Shown: positions 8,812 to 19,922, numbered from the stretch's first letter. The stretch: DNA of 64,000 bases from Candidatus Colwellbacteria bacterium (GCA_016176525.1 JACOWZ010000003.1:320001-384000); one strand, 5' to 3'. Notes: generated from the letters alone by a model not told the origin. Translations and numbers: made by a program.

Positions 8812-9669
8812 ATGCGTGCAATAGATTACATAAAAGAGGCGGAGAAGAAGGGGGTTGCAATTGGACATTTTAATATTTCTGATGTTGTGGCGCTAATGGC
8901 GATATTCCGCGCAGCGCGCGAGCTTGAGGTGTCGGTCTTCATTGGAGTATCGGAGGGAGAGCGCGAGTTTATTGGCGTAGAAGAAGCAGCGGCTTTGGTT
9001 AAAGCGCTTCGCGAAGAGCACAACTACCCAATTTTTATAAACGCCGACCACACATATTCTTTAGAGGGTATAAAAAAAGCGGTTGCTGCCGGTTTTGATT
9101 CTATTATTTTTGACGGCGCAAAATTGCCGTTTGAAGAAAACGTGCAAAAAACCAAAGAAGCTGTTGATTATGTAAAGTCAGTAAACAAAGAAGTTTTAGT
9201 TGAGGCAGAGCTTGGCTACATTGGTAGTTCATCAAAAGTTTGGGATAAAGTGCCCGAGGGCGCAGGCTTGCAGAAAACAACACCTGAGCAGGCAAGAACT
9301 TTTGTAGATGCAACAGGTATTGATATGCTTGCTCCCTCTGTCGGAAATATTCACGGTATGATGAAAGACGCACCCAACCCTCGTTTGGATATAGAGCTTA
9401 TTAGGCGGATACGTGAAGCTGCCGGAGTTCCGTTGGTTCTACATGGCGCATCCGGAATAATCAAAGAAGATTTAACCGCTGCGATAAAAGCCGGAATTTC
9501 TATGGTTCATATAAATACAGAAATTCGGGTTGCTTGGCGCAAAGGCGTAGAAGAAGGTCTAAAACATCAGCCAGATGAGGTTGCTCCATATAAACTTTTG
9601 CGTGAAGCAGCTGATGATGTGTATAAGGTTGTACTTGGAAAACTGAAAATCTTTAACCACTTGGTATAG
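8812..9669 (+). CDS. fba: class II fructose-bisphosphate aldolase
   Basis: ADH, GFDSIIFDG, VEAELG, GNIHG, LVLHGASG, INTE. Confidence 0.92.
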   Translation: MRAIDYIKEAEKKGVAIGHFNISDVVALMAIFRAARELEVSVFIGVSEGEREFIGVEEAAALVKALREEHNYPIFINADHTYSLEGIKKAVAAGFDSIIFDGAKLPFEENVQKTKEAVDYVKSVNKEVLVEAELGYIGSSSKVWDKVPEGAGLQKTTPEQARTFVDATGIDMLAPSVGNIHGMMKDAPNPRLDIELIRRIREAAGVPLVLHGASGIIKEDLTAAIKAGISMVHINTEIRVAWRKGVEEGLKHQPDEVAPYKLLREAADDVYKVVLGKLKIFNHLV

Positions 9670-9724
9670 CGCATTTTTTATTTGTTATTGACTATGGTGT
9701 TTTGGGGCTGTATTATAGCCGCAA

Positions 9725-10852
9725 ATGAATATTCGCATTGCAATAAGAGGCGCTTTAGTTTTAGTAATTTTACTTTTTACTTTTGGGGTTAGTTTTGCGC
9801 ATGCTAAGCTTACATTTACGAGTACTAGTATATCCTCTGATTCTACTTTGGGCGTGACTTCCACAAATTTCAATATTAACTCTGCGGGAGTTGTTACAAG
9901 CGCTACGTGGAACGGCAACACAGTAGGTGTTGCATACGGAGGCACAGGCGCAACTACAGCTGCTGGTGCACGCACTAACCTTGGCGCGACAACTGTTGGT
10001 GACGCAGTCTTTACAGCGGCAGACGCTGCAGCTGCGCGAGCCGCAATTGGTGTTGGTTCTGGCACAGGAGATTTGGTTTCTACAAATAATTTGTCGGATT
10101 TAACAAACGCCGGCACAGCGAGATCTAATCTTGGCCTAGGTTCACTTGCCACACTTAGCTCTATAGGCACGGCAAATATTGATAATACTGCGGTTACTTT
10201 TGCAAAGATTCAGAACATATCAACTGCAAGAATTTTAGGCCGCACTACTGCTGGCTCCGGCGCGATAGAAGAGCTTGAGAGCGTGCCGATAGCTTTAGGC
10301 GGCACTGGTGCAACAACTGCTTCTGCGGCAAGAACAAATTTGGGTGCCACAACTGTAGGTGATGCAGTGTTTATCGCAGCTGATGCCGCTGCAGCACGAA
10401 CTGCACTTGGTGTAGGTTTGGGTATAGGCGACCTAGTTTCTACAAACAACCTTTCTGATTTGGCGAATGCCGCTACTGCAAGAACAAATTTAGGTTTAGG
10501 TTCGCTTGCTACATTGAATTCTATTGTCTACCAGAATCAAACACTTAAAACCGGCGCAAAAATCTGGACAGGGAGCGCGACAACCTCAAGCGGAGTTGCA
10601 ACGTTTAATCCGACAGACGACAACACTGCTTCGGGCACAGCTATTTTTACAAATGTTTATTCAATACAGGCAACAGCCGAAGGCGGTTCAACGCCTATAA
10701 CCTCGCCCTTGGCTTCAATTAGAACTGTTTCTGGTGATAATAAGACAATTACTATTGCGGCAGTTACTGGTACAAACCTCGGTGCTTTGGGCAACACTGT
10801 GGGCAATGCGCCGGACGGTACAACTGTTTATCTAACTATAATTGGAGACTAG
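9725..10852 (+). CDS. secreted protein with duplicated tail-fibre-like repeat
   Basis: Signal peptide ending AHA; GGTGATTA..ARTNLG and NNLSDL.N..TAR.NLGLG motifs each present twice. Confidence 0.75.
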   Translation: MNIRIAIRGALVLVILLFTFGVSFAHAKLTFTSTSISSDSTLGVTSTNFNINSAGVVTSATWNGNTVGVAYGGTGATTAAGARTNLGATTVGDAVFTAADAAAARAAIGVGSGTGDLVSTNNLSDLTNAGTARSNLGLGSLATLSSIGTANIDNTAVTFAKIQNISTARILGRTTAGSGAIEELESVPIALGGTGATTASAARTNLGATTVGDAVFIAADAAAARTALGVGLGIGDLVSTNNLSDLANAATARTNLGLGSLATLNSIVYQNQTLKTGAKIWTGSATTSSGVATFNPTDDNTASGTAIFTNVYSIQATAEGGSTPITSPLASIRTVSGDNKTITIAAVTGTNLGALGNTVGNAPDGTTVYLTIIGD

Positions 10853-10903
10853 ATTTTTTTCCACAAGACTTACGTAGGGTTTTTTGGTAAAATATAGGCA
10901 CTT

Positions 10904-13240
10904 ATGAAAAAGCTTGTAATTGCCGGTTTTTTCGTGCCTGCCTTGGTTTTTGCAGTGGGTGTTGCTTTTGCGGAAGTGGACTATGGCGATGGTTCTTCAA
11001 TAGGAGGGGACAAAGAAGCCCCCAGCGCGCCAACAGACCTTAAAGCAACCGCAGTTTCTACTTCTAGAATTGACCTTTCTTGGAATGCTTCTACGGATAA
11101 TGTTAAGGTGGCCGGATATAAAATTTATGTAAACGGCGAGTTTAGCACGGGCACCAGTGCAACAAGTTTTTCGCACACCGGGCTTACACCGGGCATGGAG
11201 TATTCTTACACTGTTTCTGCAATTGACTCATACAATAATGAATCGGCTAGAAGCACCTCGGTTTCTGCAACCACACATAAAGAAGAAACTAATATTCAAC
11301 CCTCGCCTCCTCCACCTCCGCCGCCACCTCCGCCATCTTCCACAGAGGATATAGAAAAACCAACTACCCCATCCAATTTAAAAGCCACCGCAGTTTCTGC
11401 ATCAAGAATTGATTTATCCTGGAGCGCTTCTACAGACAACATTGAAGTTGTGGGATATAAGATTTATATAAACGGCGTGCTTTTTACAGGCACTAACTCA
11501 ACAAGTTTTTCACACACTGGGCTTAAACCGAGCACAAAATATACCTATGCTGTTTCTGCGGTTGATAAATCCGGCAACGAGTCTAGCAAAAGCGGGGCTC
11601 TTTCTACTACTACTTCTGATGAGGTTAGTACACAACCTTCTCCGCCTCCACCTACTACAGTAGAAGACACCGAGCCTCCTACTCCACCCGATGATGTAAA
11701 AGGAGCGGCTATCTCCGGCAGCGAAGTTGCCTTGGCTTGGCAGCCATCTACGGACAATGTAGGGGTTGTGGAGTATACATTGTACAGAGGCGGCGTTAAA
11801 ATAGCGGTTGTAAAAGACACTACTTTTAGGGACAAAGAACTTTCTCCCGGCACAACATACAATTATGGCATTGTTGCGCATGATGCAGCCGGCAACTTTT
11901 CTAGGTTCAGCAGACTTATAAGCGTAACTACAAAATCGGAAGAAACAGACGTATTTATAAAAGGTGTTGTGAGATTTCCGGATGGTGCTGCAGTCTCGGA
12001 TGCTTTTGTGGGCGCTTGGACAACCGACGGCAAAAATATACATACAAAAACAGATATCGGCGGCACGTTTAGTTTAAAAGTCCTAAAAAATACTAAATGG
12101 AGTGTAAGGGCAGGCAAAATTGTTGAGGATATTGGGTATGAGTCAAACAACCTGACTTTTGACATTGGCGTTGCAAGTATGGAGGGCGTTGAAATTTATC
12201 TGCAAAAGTCGGAGAGAGAATTGCCTCCGCAAAAAGCAATAGAAGTGCAGGTTTCGGAGATTGCGCATGTCGAACTTACAGACGGCGCTGCAGTAAAAGT
12301 GCCGGAAAACGCTCCGGCCCCGGCCGAGGCAGTTTCTACAACAGACATTTTAACTCTAGATGTTAAGCCAACCGTTGATGTGCCCGTTACAGACAAAGAA
12401 AGAGTCGTGGGCTCCGCTTACGAGGTTGAGGTTAAAACCCAAAGTGGATCCCGAGTTAGAAGTTTTTCTAAAGATATTGAGATAACCTTGCCTTTTTCCG
12501 ACGAAGATTTGGATCGACTAAAAGTTTCTGCGGGTGAATTACGTCCCGCTTATTATGATGAAGAGGCAGGCGAGTGGGTTGAGATAAAAGATTACAGCTT
12601 AGATAGAAGAAATAAGCGAGTTGTCGCAAAAATTAAACACCTTACAAGATTTGCTCTTATTGCTGCGGCAGATATTACACCGCCTGCAGCGCCGACAACA
12701 ATGACTGCTGTGCGTGGTGTGGGTGGTATTCAGCTCTCTTGGGTAAATCCTACTACAGACTTTAGGCACGCCAAAGTTTACAGAAGCACGGAGCTGGGTA
12801 AATTGGGTGCCGTGGTTTTCCACGAGGTGTTCAGCGCATCTGTAACAGATACAACCGCGCTCTCAAACGTTGCGTATTATTATATTGTGCGTTCAGTTGA
12901 CCCTGCAGGCAATGAATCTCCAAACACCGATCAAGTTATTATTGCAGGTTCTGGTGAGCCTATTTTGGCTGGTAGTTTTACAAGAAGCTTGAAGATTGGA
13001 ATGAGTGGCGCCGACGTTAAGCTTTTGCAGCAGGTTTTGAACAAAAACGGTGTTCTTATTGCGGTGTCCGGTCTGGGCTCGCCAGGGAGTGAAACTAGTT
13101 TCTTTGGTCCGCTAACGCACGCGGCGGTTATAAAATTCCAAGAAAAATATGCGTCCGAGGTTCTGACTCCATGGGGTTTAACTGGGGGCACGGGCTATGT
13201 TGGCAGCACTACTAGAGCCAAACTAGAGGCTCTTAAGTAG
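10904..13240 (+). CDS. secreted surface protein: several Fn3 domains, poly-Pro linkers, C-terminal peptidoglycan-binding domain
   Basis: Three D..(A/K/P)P..P...LxW..STDN..V..Y Fn3 repeats and a fourth Fn3; C-terminal L..G.SG.DVK.LQ..LN...FGPLT.AAV.KFQ. Confidence 0.85.
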   Translation: MKKLVIAGFFVPALVFAVGVAFAEVDYGDGSSIGGDKEAPSAPTDLKATAVSTSRIDLSWNASTDNVKVAGYKIYVNGEFSTGTSATSFSHTGLTPGMEYSYTVSAIDSYNNESARSTSVSATTHKEETNIQPSPPPPPPPPPPSSTEDIEKPTTPSNLKATAVSASRIDLSWSASTDNIEVVGYKIYINGVLFTGTNSTSFSHTGLKPSTKYTYAVSAVDKSGNESSKSGALSTTTSDEVSTQPSPPPPTTVEDTEPPTPPDDVKGAAISGSEVALAWQPSTDNVGVVEYTLYRGGVKIAVVKDTTFRDKELSPGTTYNYGIVAHDAAGNFSRFSRLISVTTKSEETDVFIKGVVRFPDGAAVSDAFVGAWTTDGKNIHTKTDIGGTFSLKVLKNTKWSVRAGKIVEDIGYESNNLTFDIGVASMEGVEIYLQKSERELPPQKAIEVQVSEIAHVELTDGAAVKVPENAPAPAEAVSTTDILTLDVKPTVDVPVTDKERVVGSAYEVEVKTQSGSRVRSFSKDIEITLPFSDEDLDRLKVSAGELRPAYYDEEAGEWVEIKDYSLDRRNKRVVAKIKHLTRFALIAAADITPPAAPTTMTAVRGVGGIQLSWVNPTTDFRHAKVYRSTELGKLGAVVFHEVFSASVTDTTALSNVAYYYIVRSVDPAGNESPNTDQVIIAGSGEPILAGSFTRSLKIGMSGADVKLLQQVLNKNGVLIAVSGLGSPGSETSFFGPLTHAAVIKFQEKYASEVLTPWGLTGGTGYVGSTTRAKLEALK

Positions 13241-13249
13241 AGATAGTTT

Positions 13250-13966
13250 ATGCGCAAGACTTATATCTTTATTTTTGCCGGCGGTATATTTTTAGCGCTT
13301 GCATTTTTGTTTTTTATTGTGGGTAAAAGTACAGAAGGCCAAGGCGCGCATTTGTATAGAAACTCTGACGCTAACATTTCCAAAATAAATCTAACTGTTT
13401 TTTATACTGTGCCGAAAGATAAAATGCCGTATGATTTTGAAACAGTTATGGCTAGTTTAGAGCCCGCGCTAGAGGAGGCCTCGGCCTTTCACTCTTTGCA
13501 ATTTGTTGATAAATCTTGGATTCAGTATTCAATTTATCCGACTGTTTTAAAACTGGAACGCGATAGTTTCTTCTACGACACGGAAGATACATCGCGCGGC
13601 AATCCAAATGCGCTCGCAAGTATTACAGAAGAAATTAAAGACAACAATCTTATAGTAGAGAAAAAAGGCGAATTTACAGTTTTGGGCATTATATACGAGG
13701 GGCTTGGCGCTGCCGGCGCTTTGAGTGAAGATAGTAAGTTGGGTAGTTTTATACTCTCCCGCGATTTTATAACCCGCGAAGAATATGTGCTTTCTCGCTC
13801 TGCGCTTTTGTACCACGAGTTTGGGCATACACTTGGTATTCCAGATTTGTATGATTTAGATACAGGCGAGGCTTTTACATCAGACATTATGGGTGGGGGC
13901 AGGCAAGAGCCGCTTGAGGCAAACTACATAGAGATAAGCACACTAAAAGAAATGGGTGTTTTATAG
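13250..13966 (+). CDS. membrane-anchored zinc metallopeptidase (metzincin, M6-like)
   Basis: HEFGHTLGIPDLYD followed by a DIMG Met-turn; N-terminal TM. Confidence 0.8.
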   Translation: MRKTYIFIFAGGIFLALAFLFFIVGKSTEGQGAHLYRNSDANISKINLTVFYTVPKDKMPYDFETVMASLEPALEEASAFHSLQFVDKSWIQYSIYPTVLKLERDSFFYDTEDTSRGNPNALASITEEIKDNNLIVEKKGEFTVLGIIYEGLGAAGALSEDSKLGSFILSRDFITREEYVLSRSALLYHEFGHTLGIPDLYDLDTGEAFTSDIMGGGRQEPLEANYIEISTLKEMGVL

Positions 13967-13969
13967 AAA

Positions 13970-15676
13970 ATGTTTTTATTAAAAAGCCGTCTGCATAGAA
14001 AAATATTCTTAATGATGCTTGTTGTAGGTGTTTTGCCGATTTTGGCTGCAGGCGGTTTTGCGCTCTATAGTGTTACGAACTCTCACATCAAAAGTGTTAA
14101 CGATATTGAAAAGAATTTACTTAACCAAAAAGCAGAAGAAGTTGATAGTTTTATAAAAGGTAACTTGGAGTCTATTAATCTTTATGTTGCGCTCGGCGAC
14201 CTTGATGCGGAGTTTAGCCCTGCTGCGCAGAAAACGTATTTAACAAATATTATGGCGGTTAGCCCTGCGATAGAAGATATTTATTTTTTTCATCCCTATA
14301 CAGGTGAGATTACTGCCCGCGTTGCTAGAGATTTTGAACCGTCTACACAGGCACTCGCCGAATCTCGTGCGGAGCTTCCGGATTTTAGATTTTTAAGGAA
14401 TAGCTTTGATGAGAGTGTTAAGGATACAGATGTGTTCTACGTTGGTCCGGTAAATATTACGCCGCGCGGGCCGGAGATAGAGGTTGCCGCAACGGTAAAG
14501 AATTTTACGAGCTCAATAATCTCTTTTGTAGGGGCAAGAATAAGTCTCTCTGAATTACAGAATATTGTAGAGGCTTCTGTACTGGGCGAAACAGGTTATG
14601 TTTATCTAACGGATTCCGCAGGGCGTGTTATTGCCGCAAGTTCCGAGAAGACTACAGGGGCAACTGGCGTTGATGTTGTTGGGTTAGTACATAAGATTGA
14701 TTCTCCTCAAATGACGCTTGTCGCCGAGTGGCCAGTATCGGAAGCATATGCGGTTTTGGCAAATTTGCGCGCGCAGGTTGTTGGCTTTTCGTTCTTAGCC
14801 CTTTTAGCGGTTGTTATTCTTTCTATATTTTTGGCTAACAAAATTGTGCGGCCGATAAGAGCTCTTGAAGAGGGCACAAAGTTTGTTGCAAAAGGCAAAT
14901 TTGACGAGCCGGTGAGCGTTAAAACAGGCGATGAGCTGGAAGAGCTTGCCGCGGCGTTCAATAAAATGACAGAAGGGTTAAAAGAGCTTGAAAAATTGAA
15001 AGACGAATTCGTCTTTATCGCCGCGCACGAGCTTAAAACCCCGGTTGCGGCTATAAAGGGGTACTTATCGCTTGTGCGTGACGGGCTTGCCGGCAAAGTG
15101 GACGATGAGGCAAAGCAGTTTATAGACAAAGTAATTGCAGCAAATACGCGGCTTGTTAAGCTGGTGGAAGATTTACTGGAAGTTGCGCGTGCGGAGGCCG
15201 GACGCATAAAAATTGATGTGGCGCCGACTGATGTTGTACCCGTTGTGCGCGAAACCCTGAGCGAGCTAAAGCCTCTCTCGGATGAAAAAAATATTACTCT
15301 TGTGTACCAACCTGCCGGAGGAATTCCTAGAGTTTTAGCTGATGCTGCCCGCGTGCGCGAAGTGCTGGTTAACTTAATCGGCAACTCTATAAAATACACG
15401 CTGGGCGGTGGAACTGTAACTATTAGCCACGAGGTTCGCGCCGGCGAGCTAGTAACTAACATAAAAGACACCGGAATTGGAATTTCCAAAGAAGCACAAG
15501 CGAAACTTTTTGAAAAATTCTATAGAGTACAGACTCCACAGACTGCCAAGATAACCGGCACGGGTTTGGGGCTCTTTATAGTAAAGCAGATTATAGAGAA
15601 GATGGGCGGCAAAATTTGGTTTGAGTCGCAAGAGGGTAAGGGTTCAACTTTTAGTTTCTCTCTTAAAATAGTATAA
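13970..15676 (+). CDS. sensor histidine kinase (Cache-like, HAMP, HisKA, HATPase)
   Basis: AHELKTP H-box, NLIGNSIKY, DTGIGI, FEKFYR, GTGLGL; two TMs. Confidence 0.93.
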   Translation: MFLLKSRLHRKIFLMMLVVGVLPILAAGGFALYSVTNSHIKSVNDIEKNLLNQKAEEVDSFIKGNLESINLYVALGDLDAEFSPAAQKTYLTNIMAVSPAIEDIYFFHPYTGEITARVARDFEPSTQALAESRAELPDFRFLRNSFDESVKDTDVFYVGPVNITPRGPEIEVAATVKNFTSSIISFVGARISLSELQNIVEASVLGETGYVYLTDSAGRVIAASSEKTTGATGVDVVGLVHKIDSPQMTLVAEWPVSEAYAVLANLRAQVVGFSFLALLAVVILSIFLANKIVRPIRALEEGTKFVAKGKFDEPVSVKTGDELEELAAAFNKMTEGLKELEKLKDEFVFIAAHELKTPVAAIKGYLSLVRDGLAGKVDDEAKQFIDKVIAANTRLVKLVEDLLEVARAEAGRIKIDVAPTDVVPVVRETLSELKPLSDEKNITLVYQPAGGIPRVLADAARVREVLVNLIGNSIKYTLGGGTVTISHEVRAGELVTNIKDTGIGISKEAQAKLFEKFYRVQTPQTAKITGTGLGLFIVKQIIEKMGGKIWFESQEGKGSTFSFSLKIV

Positions 15677-15684
15677 TTACTGCC

Positions 15685-16098
15685 ATGAGCGACAATAAGC
15701 CTGTAGTCTTATTGGTTGACGATACCGAAGATTTTCGCGAGATATTTTCTATTAAGTTAAAATCCGCGGGTTTTGATGTGCAAACCGCAGCTAGCGGCGA
15801 GGAGTGTATTGAAAAACTTAAATCCATAAAACCGAACTTGGTGCTTATGGATTTGCAGATGCCCACTATGGACGGGGTAAAAACCGTGGAGCATCTGAGG
15901 CTTAACCCGGATACAAAGAATACAAGGGTTGTATTTTTGACAAACTATGGCGAGCCTACACACGAGCATTCATGGACCGACAAACAGTTTGCAAAGCAAA
16001 TTGGCGCAGAGGATTATATTAGAAAAACAGAAGATTTAGACGAAATTGTAAAACATATTAAGGAACATGCGGGAGAAATCTCTTATACTAGTAGTTGA
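15685..16098 (+). CDS. single-domain response regulator receiver
   Basis: LLVDD, LMDLQMP.MDG, FLTN, YIRK. Confidence 0.9.
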   Translation: MSDNKPVVLLVDDTEDFREIFSIKLKSAGFDVQTAASGEECIEKLKSIKPNLVLMDLQMPTMDGVKTVEHLRLNPDTKNTRVVFLTNYGEPTHEHSWTDKQFAKQIGAEDYIRKTEDLDEIVKHIKEHAGEISYTSS

Positions 16099-16528
16099 CG
16101 ACGAGGCGGATATGCTGGATATCGCCAAAGCCAGGCTTACCGCCGGTGGGTACGAGGTTGCAACTGCAATAGACGCGGAGATGGCCTACAAAAAAGCCAA
16201 AGAGCTAAAACCAGACTTGATGCTTTTGGATATTCGTATGCCCGGCATAAACGGCACCGAAGCACTTTTAGATTTTAAAAATAACGCAGATATAAAGGAT
16301 ACCCCGATTGCGTTTTTTACAAACCTAACTGTGCCGTGGCCAGGAGTTGGTGTTGAAAACGAAAAATTTGCCAAAGAGCTTGGCGCTGTAACTATTATTG
16401 ATAAATCTAAAGATATGGACCAATTGGCGGATGTTGTTAAAAAGATTTTAAACGATGTTAGCAAGAATAATTTAAAGCGCGATATAGAAAAAGAAGTAGA
16501 TAAACTAGGGAGTGATGAAAAAAATTAA
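16067..16528 (+). CDS. single-domain response regulator receiver
   Basis: LVVDDE, LLDIRMPGING, FFTN, IDK. Confidence 0.9.
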   Translation: MREKSLILVVDDEADMLDIAKARLTAGGYEVATAIDAEMAYKKAKELKPDLMLLDIRMPGINGTEALLDFKNNADIKDTPIAFFTNLTVPWPGVGVENEKFAKELGAVTIIDKSKDMDQLADVVKKILNDVSKNNLKRDIEKEVDKLGSDEKN

Positions 16529-17729
16529 TTTGGATTTGCCGTCGGGCTTCCGCGATTATCTGCCGAGCGAAGCGGCGGCGCGTTTAAAGATGGTTGCGAC
16601 AGTGAGGCAAGTTTTTGAGCGGTTTGGGTTTCAGCCGCTTGATACTCCATCTGTTGAGCGGATTGATGTTTTAGCGAGCGAAAAATCCGATGTACAAAAG
16701 CAGATATTTCGCCTTAAAGACAAAGAAAATCTTGGGTTGCGGTTTGACCTTACCGTGCCCTTGGCGCGTGCAGTTGTTTCTTACCCAGAGCTTGGCAGGC
16801 CCTTTAAGAGATACCAGGTTGGCAATGTTTTTCGTGGCGAGAAGGCACAAGCCGGAAGATACCGTGAGTTTTTGCAGATGGATGCAGATATTATAGGGTC
16901 TGATTCGGTGCTCGCAGATGCAGAGATAATTTCTTTAATGTACCAAACCTTGCGTGCACTGGGAGTTGGGAAATTTACTATAAAAATCGGCCACCGTGCG
17001 GTATTAGAACGTGTTTTGCAAAATGCCGGCGTACCAAAGCAAAAAATTCTGGCTGTTATACGTGCAATAGATAAGGTTGAAAAAGTTGGCTGGGGTGGTG
17101 AGGCAAAAAAATATAAAAGTGAGATAGAAAATTTTGATTATAAAGGCGCGCCGGAGTTTTTGGATTTGCGCACGCATTTGATGGCTCTTGGCGTTCCAGA
17201 GAAAAACTATAAGTTTGATATATCTGTCGCGCGCGGACTTGATTACTACACCGGTATGGTGTGTGAAACAGTTTTAGATGACTTGCCGGAGATTGGCAGC
17301 ATATTTTCTGGCGGCAGGTATAATGGGCTTGTTTCTCGGTTTAGTAAAATGGAAGTGCCCGCGGTTGGTGCCTCCGTTGGTGTTGACCGGCTTTTTGTGG
17401 CGTTGCAAAAACTAGGGATTCTAAAAGGCGAGCGCGTAGGCGCGAATGTTTTGGTTCTGAATTTTGAGCCAACCGCCAGCGAAGTGATACAGAAAGTTGC
17501 CACCGATCTGCGCCGCGCAGAGATTTCTACCGAAATTTATCTCGGCAAAGAAGCGACTCTTAAAGGCCAGCTTGCTTACGCAGTAAGCCACGAGTACCCC
17601 GTTGTTGTAATAATTGGCGCGGAAGAATTAAAAGGCAATGCCGTAACAGTCAGAGATATGCGTGCGAGGGGGCAAACTGAAGTTGGTGTGGATAAAGTTG
17701 TAGCGGCCGTTAAAGAGGTGCTACAATAA
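16515..17729 (+). CDS. hisS: histidine--tRNA ligase
   Basis: GFRD, LRFDLTVPLAR, FRGEKAQAGRYREFLQ motif 2, RGLDYYTG, GGRY, GVDRL; anticodon-binding domain. Confidence 0.93.
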   Translation: MKKINLDLPSGFRDYLPSEAAARLKMVATVRQVFERFGFQPLDTPSVERIDVLASEKSDVQKQIFRLKDKENLGLRFDLTVPLARAVVSYPELGRPFKRYQVGNVFRGEKAQAGRYREFLQMDADIIGSDSVLADAEIISLMYQTLRALGVGKFTIKIGHRAVLERVLQNAGVPKQKILAVIRAIDKVEKVGWGGEAKKYKSEIENFDYKGAPEFLDLRTHLMALGVPEKNYKFDISVARGLDYYTGMVCETVLDDLPEIGSIFSGGRYNGLVSRFSKMEVPAVGASVGVDRLFVALQKLGILKGERVGANVLVLNFEPTASEVIQKVATDLRRAEISTEIYLGKEATLKGQLAYAVSHEYPVVVIIGAEELKGNAVTVRDMRARGQTEVGVDKVVAAVKEVLQ

Positions 17730-17732
17730 ATT

Positions 17733-19373
17733 GTGCTACGCAAGAAGACTCAAACTAAATATATTTTTGTTGTTGGCGGGGTAATGTCTGGTGTGGGCAA
17801 GGGTATTGCCGTTGCCTCAATCGGCCGCTTGCTTCAGGCCCACGGCATTAAAGCCACAGCTATAAAAATTGACCCCTATATAAATGTGGATGCTGGCACT
17901 ATGAACCCCACCGAGCATGGTGAGGTTTTTGTGTTGCGCGATGGGTTGGAGTGCGACCAAGACATGGGCAACTACGAAAGGTTCTTGGGCACGGATTTAT
18001 CCGGTGCAAACTATATGACAACCGGCAGCGTGTACCGAAAAATTATCAACGACGAGCGCAACATGCGATACAAAGGCAAGTGTGTGGAGGTTGTGCCGCA
18101 TGTGCCGTTGGAAGTTATATCTCGGATTAAACACGCGGCAAAAGTTAACAAAGCAGAAGTTGTGCTGATAGAAATTGGAGGCACGATAGGCGAATACCAA
18201 AATGTGCTTTTCTTGGAGGCGATTAGAATTCTCCGCCTCAAAGAATCTGATTCTGTTTTTCTTGCGCTAGTTAGTTACTTACCCCTACAGGGCGACGGCA
18301 ACGAGTTAAAGACAAAGCCGACACAGTATGCGATAAAATCCTTGAACGCGGCGGGTTTGCATCCGGATATGGTTTTTGCCCGCGCCAAAACACCACTGGA
18401 TAAAAAACGCAAAGAGAAAATCGCGTTTAACTGTTCAATATCTGTAGAAAATGTGATTTCCGCGCCGGACGTGGAGAGTATTTATGATATTCCGAATAAT
18501 TTTAAGCGTGAGAATGTCGATAAAATCATTTTAGAATCACTTGGCCTAAAATCGCGCGGATTTCGGTTTAAAGACTGGGCGCACGCCGCTCGCAGAGCGC
18601 ATAGTGCAAAGCATCGTGTAAAGATAGGCATAGTAGGTAAGTATTTTTCAACGGGCAGTTTTATGCTTGCCGACTCGTATATTTCTGTGATTGAGTCTAT
18701 TCGCCACGCTTCATATTCGCTTAATCTAAAACCGGAGATTGTATGGCTAAATGCGGATGACTACGTTGGCGCCCGCAATTTAAATGATTTAAAGAAGTTT
18801 GACGGCATAATAGTGCCCGGCGGTTTTGGCGGCAGGGGGATTGAGGGCAAGATTGCCGCGATAAAATTCTGCAGAGAAAATAAAATTCCATATTTTGGCC
18901 TTTGCTATGGTATGCAGCTCGCCGCGGTAGAAATTGCGCGGCACGTTGCGAAGTTAAAAGGCGCACATACTGTAGAGATAAACCCCCACACAAAATACCC
19001 GATTATTGATGTTATGCCGGATCAAAAAGAAAAGCTTGCCAACCACGATTATGGCGGCACTATGCGGTTGGGCTCATATACTGCAAGAATTTCTAAAGGA
19101 ACTATTGCTGAAAAGGCCTATGAAAAACACACAATAAGCGAACGGCACAGACACAGGTATGAAGTTAATCCAAAATTTATTGCAAAACTAGAGAAGGCTG
19201 GCGCGGTGTTCTCCGGCAAGTCTCCGGACGGCAAGCTAATGGAGATAATGGAACTGCCTCGTACAAAGCACCCGTTTTTCTTGGGCACGCAATTCCATCC
19301 AGAATTCCAATCCAGCTTACTCTCGCCCCACCCGCTTTTTGTAGAATTCATCCGCGCCTCTGCGGAGAAATAG
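17733..19373 (+). CDS. pyrG: CTP synthase
   Basis: GGVMSGVGKG, KIDPYINVDAGTMNP.EHGEVFV, KTKPTQ, GLCYGMQ, ERHRHRYE, QFHPEF. Confidence 0.97.
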   Translation: MLRKKTQTKYIFVVGGVMSGVGKGIAVASIGRLLQAHGIKATAIKIDPYINVDAGTMNPTEHGEVFVLRDGLECDQDMGNYERFLGTDLSGANYMTTGSVYRKIINDERNMRYKGKCVEVVPHVPLEVISRIKHAAKVNKAEVVLIEIGGTIGEYQNVLFLEAIRILRLKESDSVFLALVSYLPLQGDGNELKTKPTQYAIKSLNAAGLHPDMVFARAKTPLDKKRKEKIAFNCSISVENVISAPDVESIYDIPNNFKRENVDKIILESLGLKSRGFRFKDWAHAARRAHSAKHRVKIGIVGKYFSTGSFMLADSYISVIESIRHASYSLNLKPEIVWLNADDYVGARNLNDLKKFDGIIVPGGFGGRGIEGKIAAIKFCRENKIPYFGLCYGMQLAAVEIARHVAKLKGAHTVEINPHTKYPIIDVMPDQKEKLANHDYGGTMRLGSYTARISKGTIAEKAYEKHTISERHRHRYEVNPKFIAKLEKAGAVFSGKSPDGKLMEIMELPRTKHPFFLGTQFHPEFQSSLLSPHPLFVEFIRASAEK

Positions 19374-19922
19374 TTATCTTATTTTCTTATACATCAATAT
19401 CCCGTCAGTATATTTATTTCTGCGGAAAAGCCCTCTCGGTAACCGCCCATATTCCTTGAAGCCGAATTTTTTGTAGAGATTTTTCGCAATTTTGTTTATT
19501 GCGAATACTTCTAGAGTGATTATTTTTAGTTCCTTGAGATTTTCTCTGGATTCTTGCAATAATAATTTCATTAGAAGTTTGCCTAAACCTTTTCCGCGAA
19601 AATCTTTCGCAACAGCTGCGCCTAAGCCCCCTATATGTTTTTGAGCTCCACTATTTAAGTGGATATCGGTGCTACCGATAATTTCGTTTTTATGTAAAGC
19701 CATAAGTTTAATCATACTTTTACGTTTTATGTCTTTAATCCATTTTTTAAGTAATTTTTTTTCTTCCTTGAGGCTTAACTGTTTTCCTTGGATCATTAAA
19801 AAAGACTTTTCTTTAGAAATTTTGTTTATAAAATTGCGCGCAGTCTTAGCGTCGCTAATTTTTGGGTAGCGAATTATTATATCTTTGCCATCAATTTTTC
19901 CTCTCCAGACAATTTTATTCAT
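19374..19922 (-). CDS. GNAT acetyltransferase (RimJ/RimL-like)
   Basis: V..DFRGKGLG, N..A.NLYKKFGF. Confidence 0.88.
   Translation of the reverse strand: MNKIVWRGKIDGKDIIIRYPKISDAKTARNFINKISKEKSFLMIQGKQLSLKEEKKLLKKWIKDIKRKSMIKLMALHKNEIIGSTDIHLNSGAQKHIGGLGAAVAKDFRGKGLGKLLMKLLLQESRENLKELKIITLEVFAINKIAKNLYKKFGFKEYGRLPRGLFRRNKYTDGILMYKKIR

Noticed and set aside
14707-15489. 260-aa minus-strand ORF
   Set aside because: Antisense to the histidine kinase; no recognisable motif.
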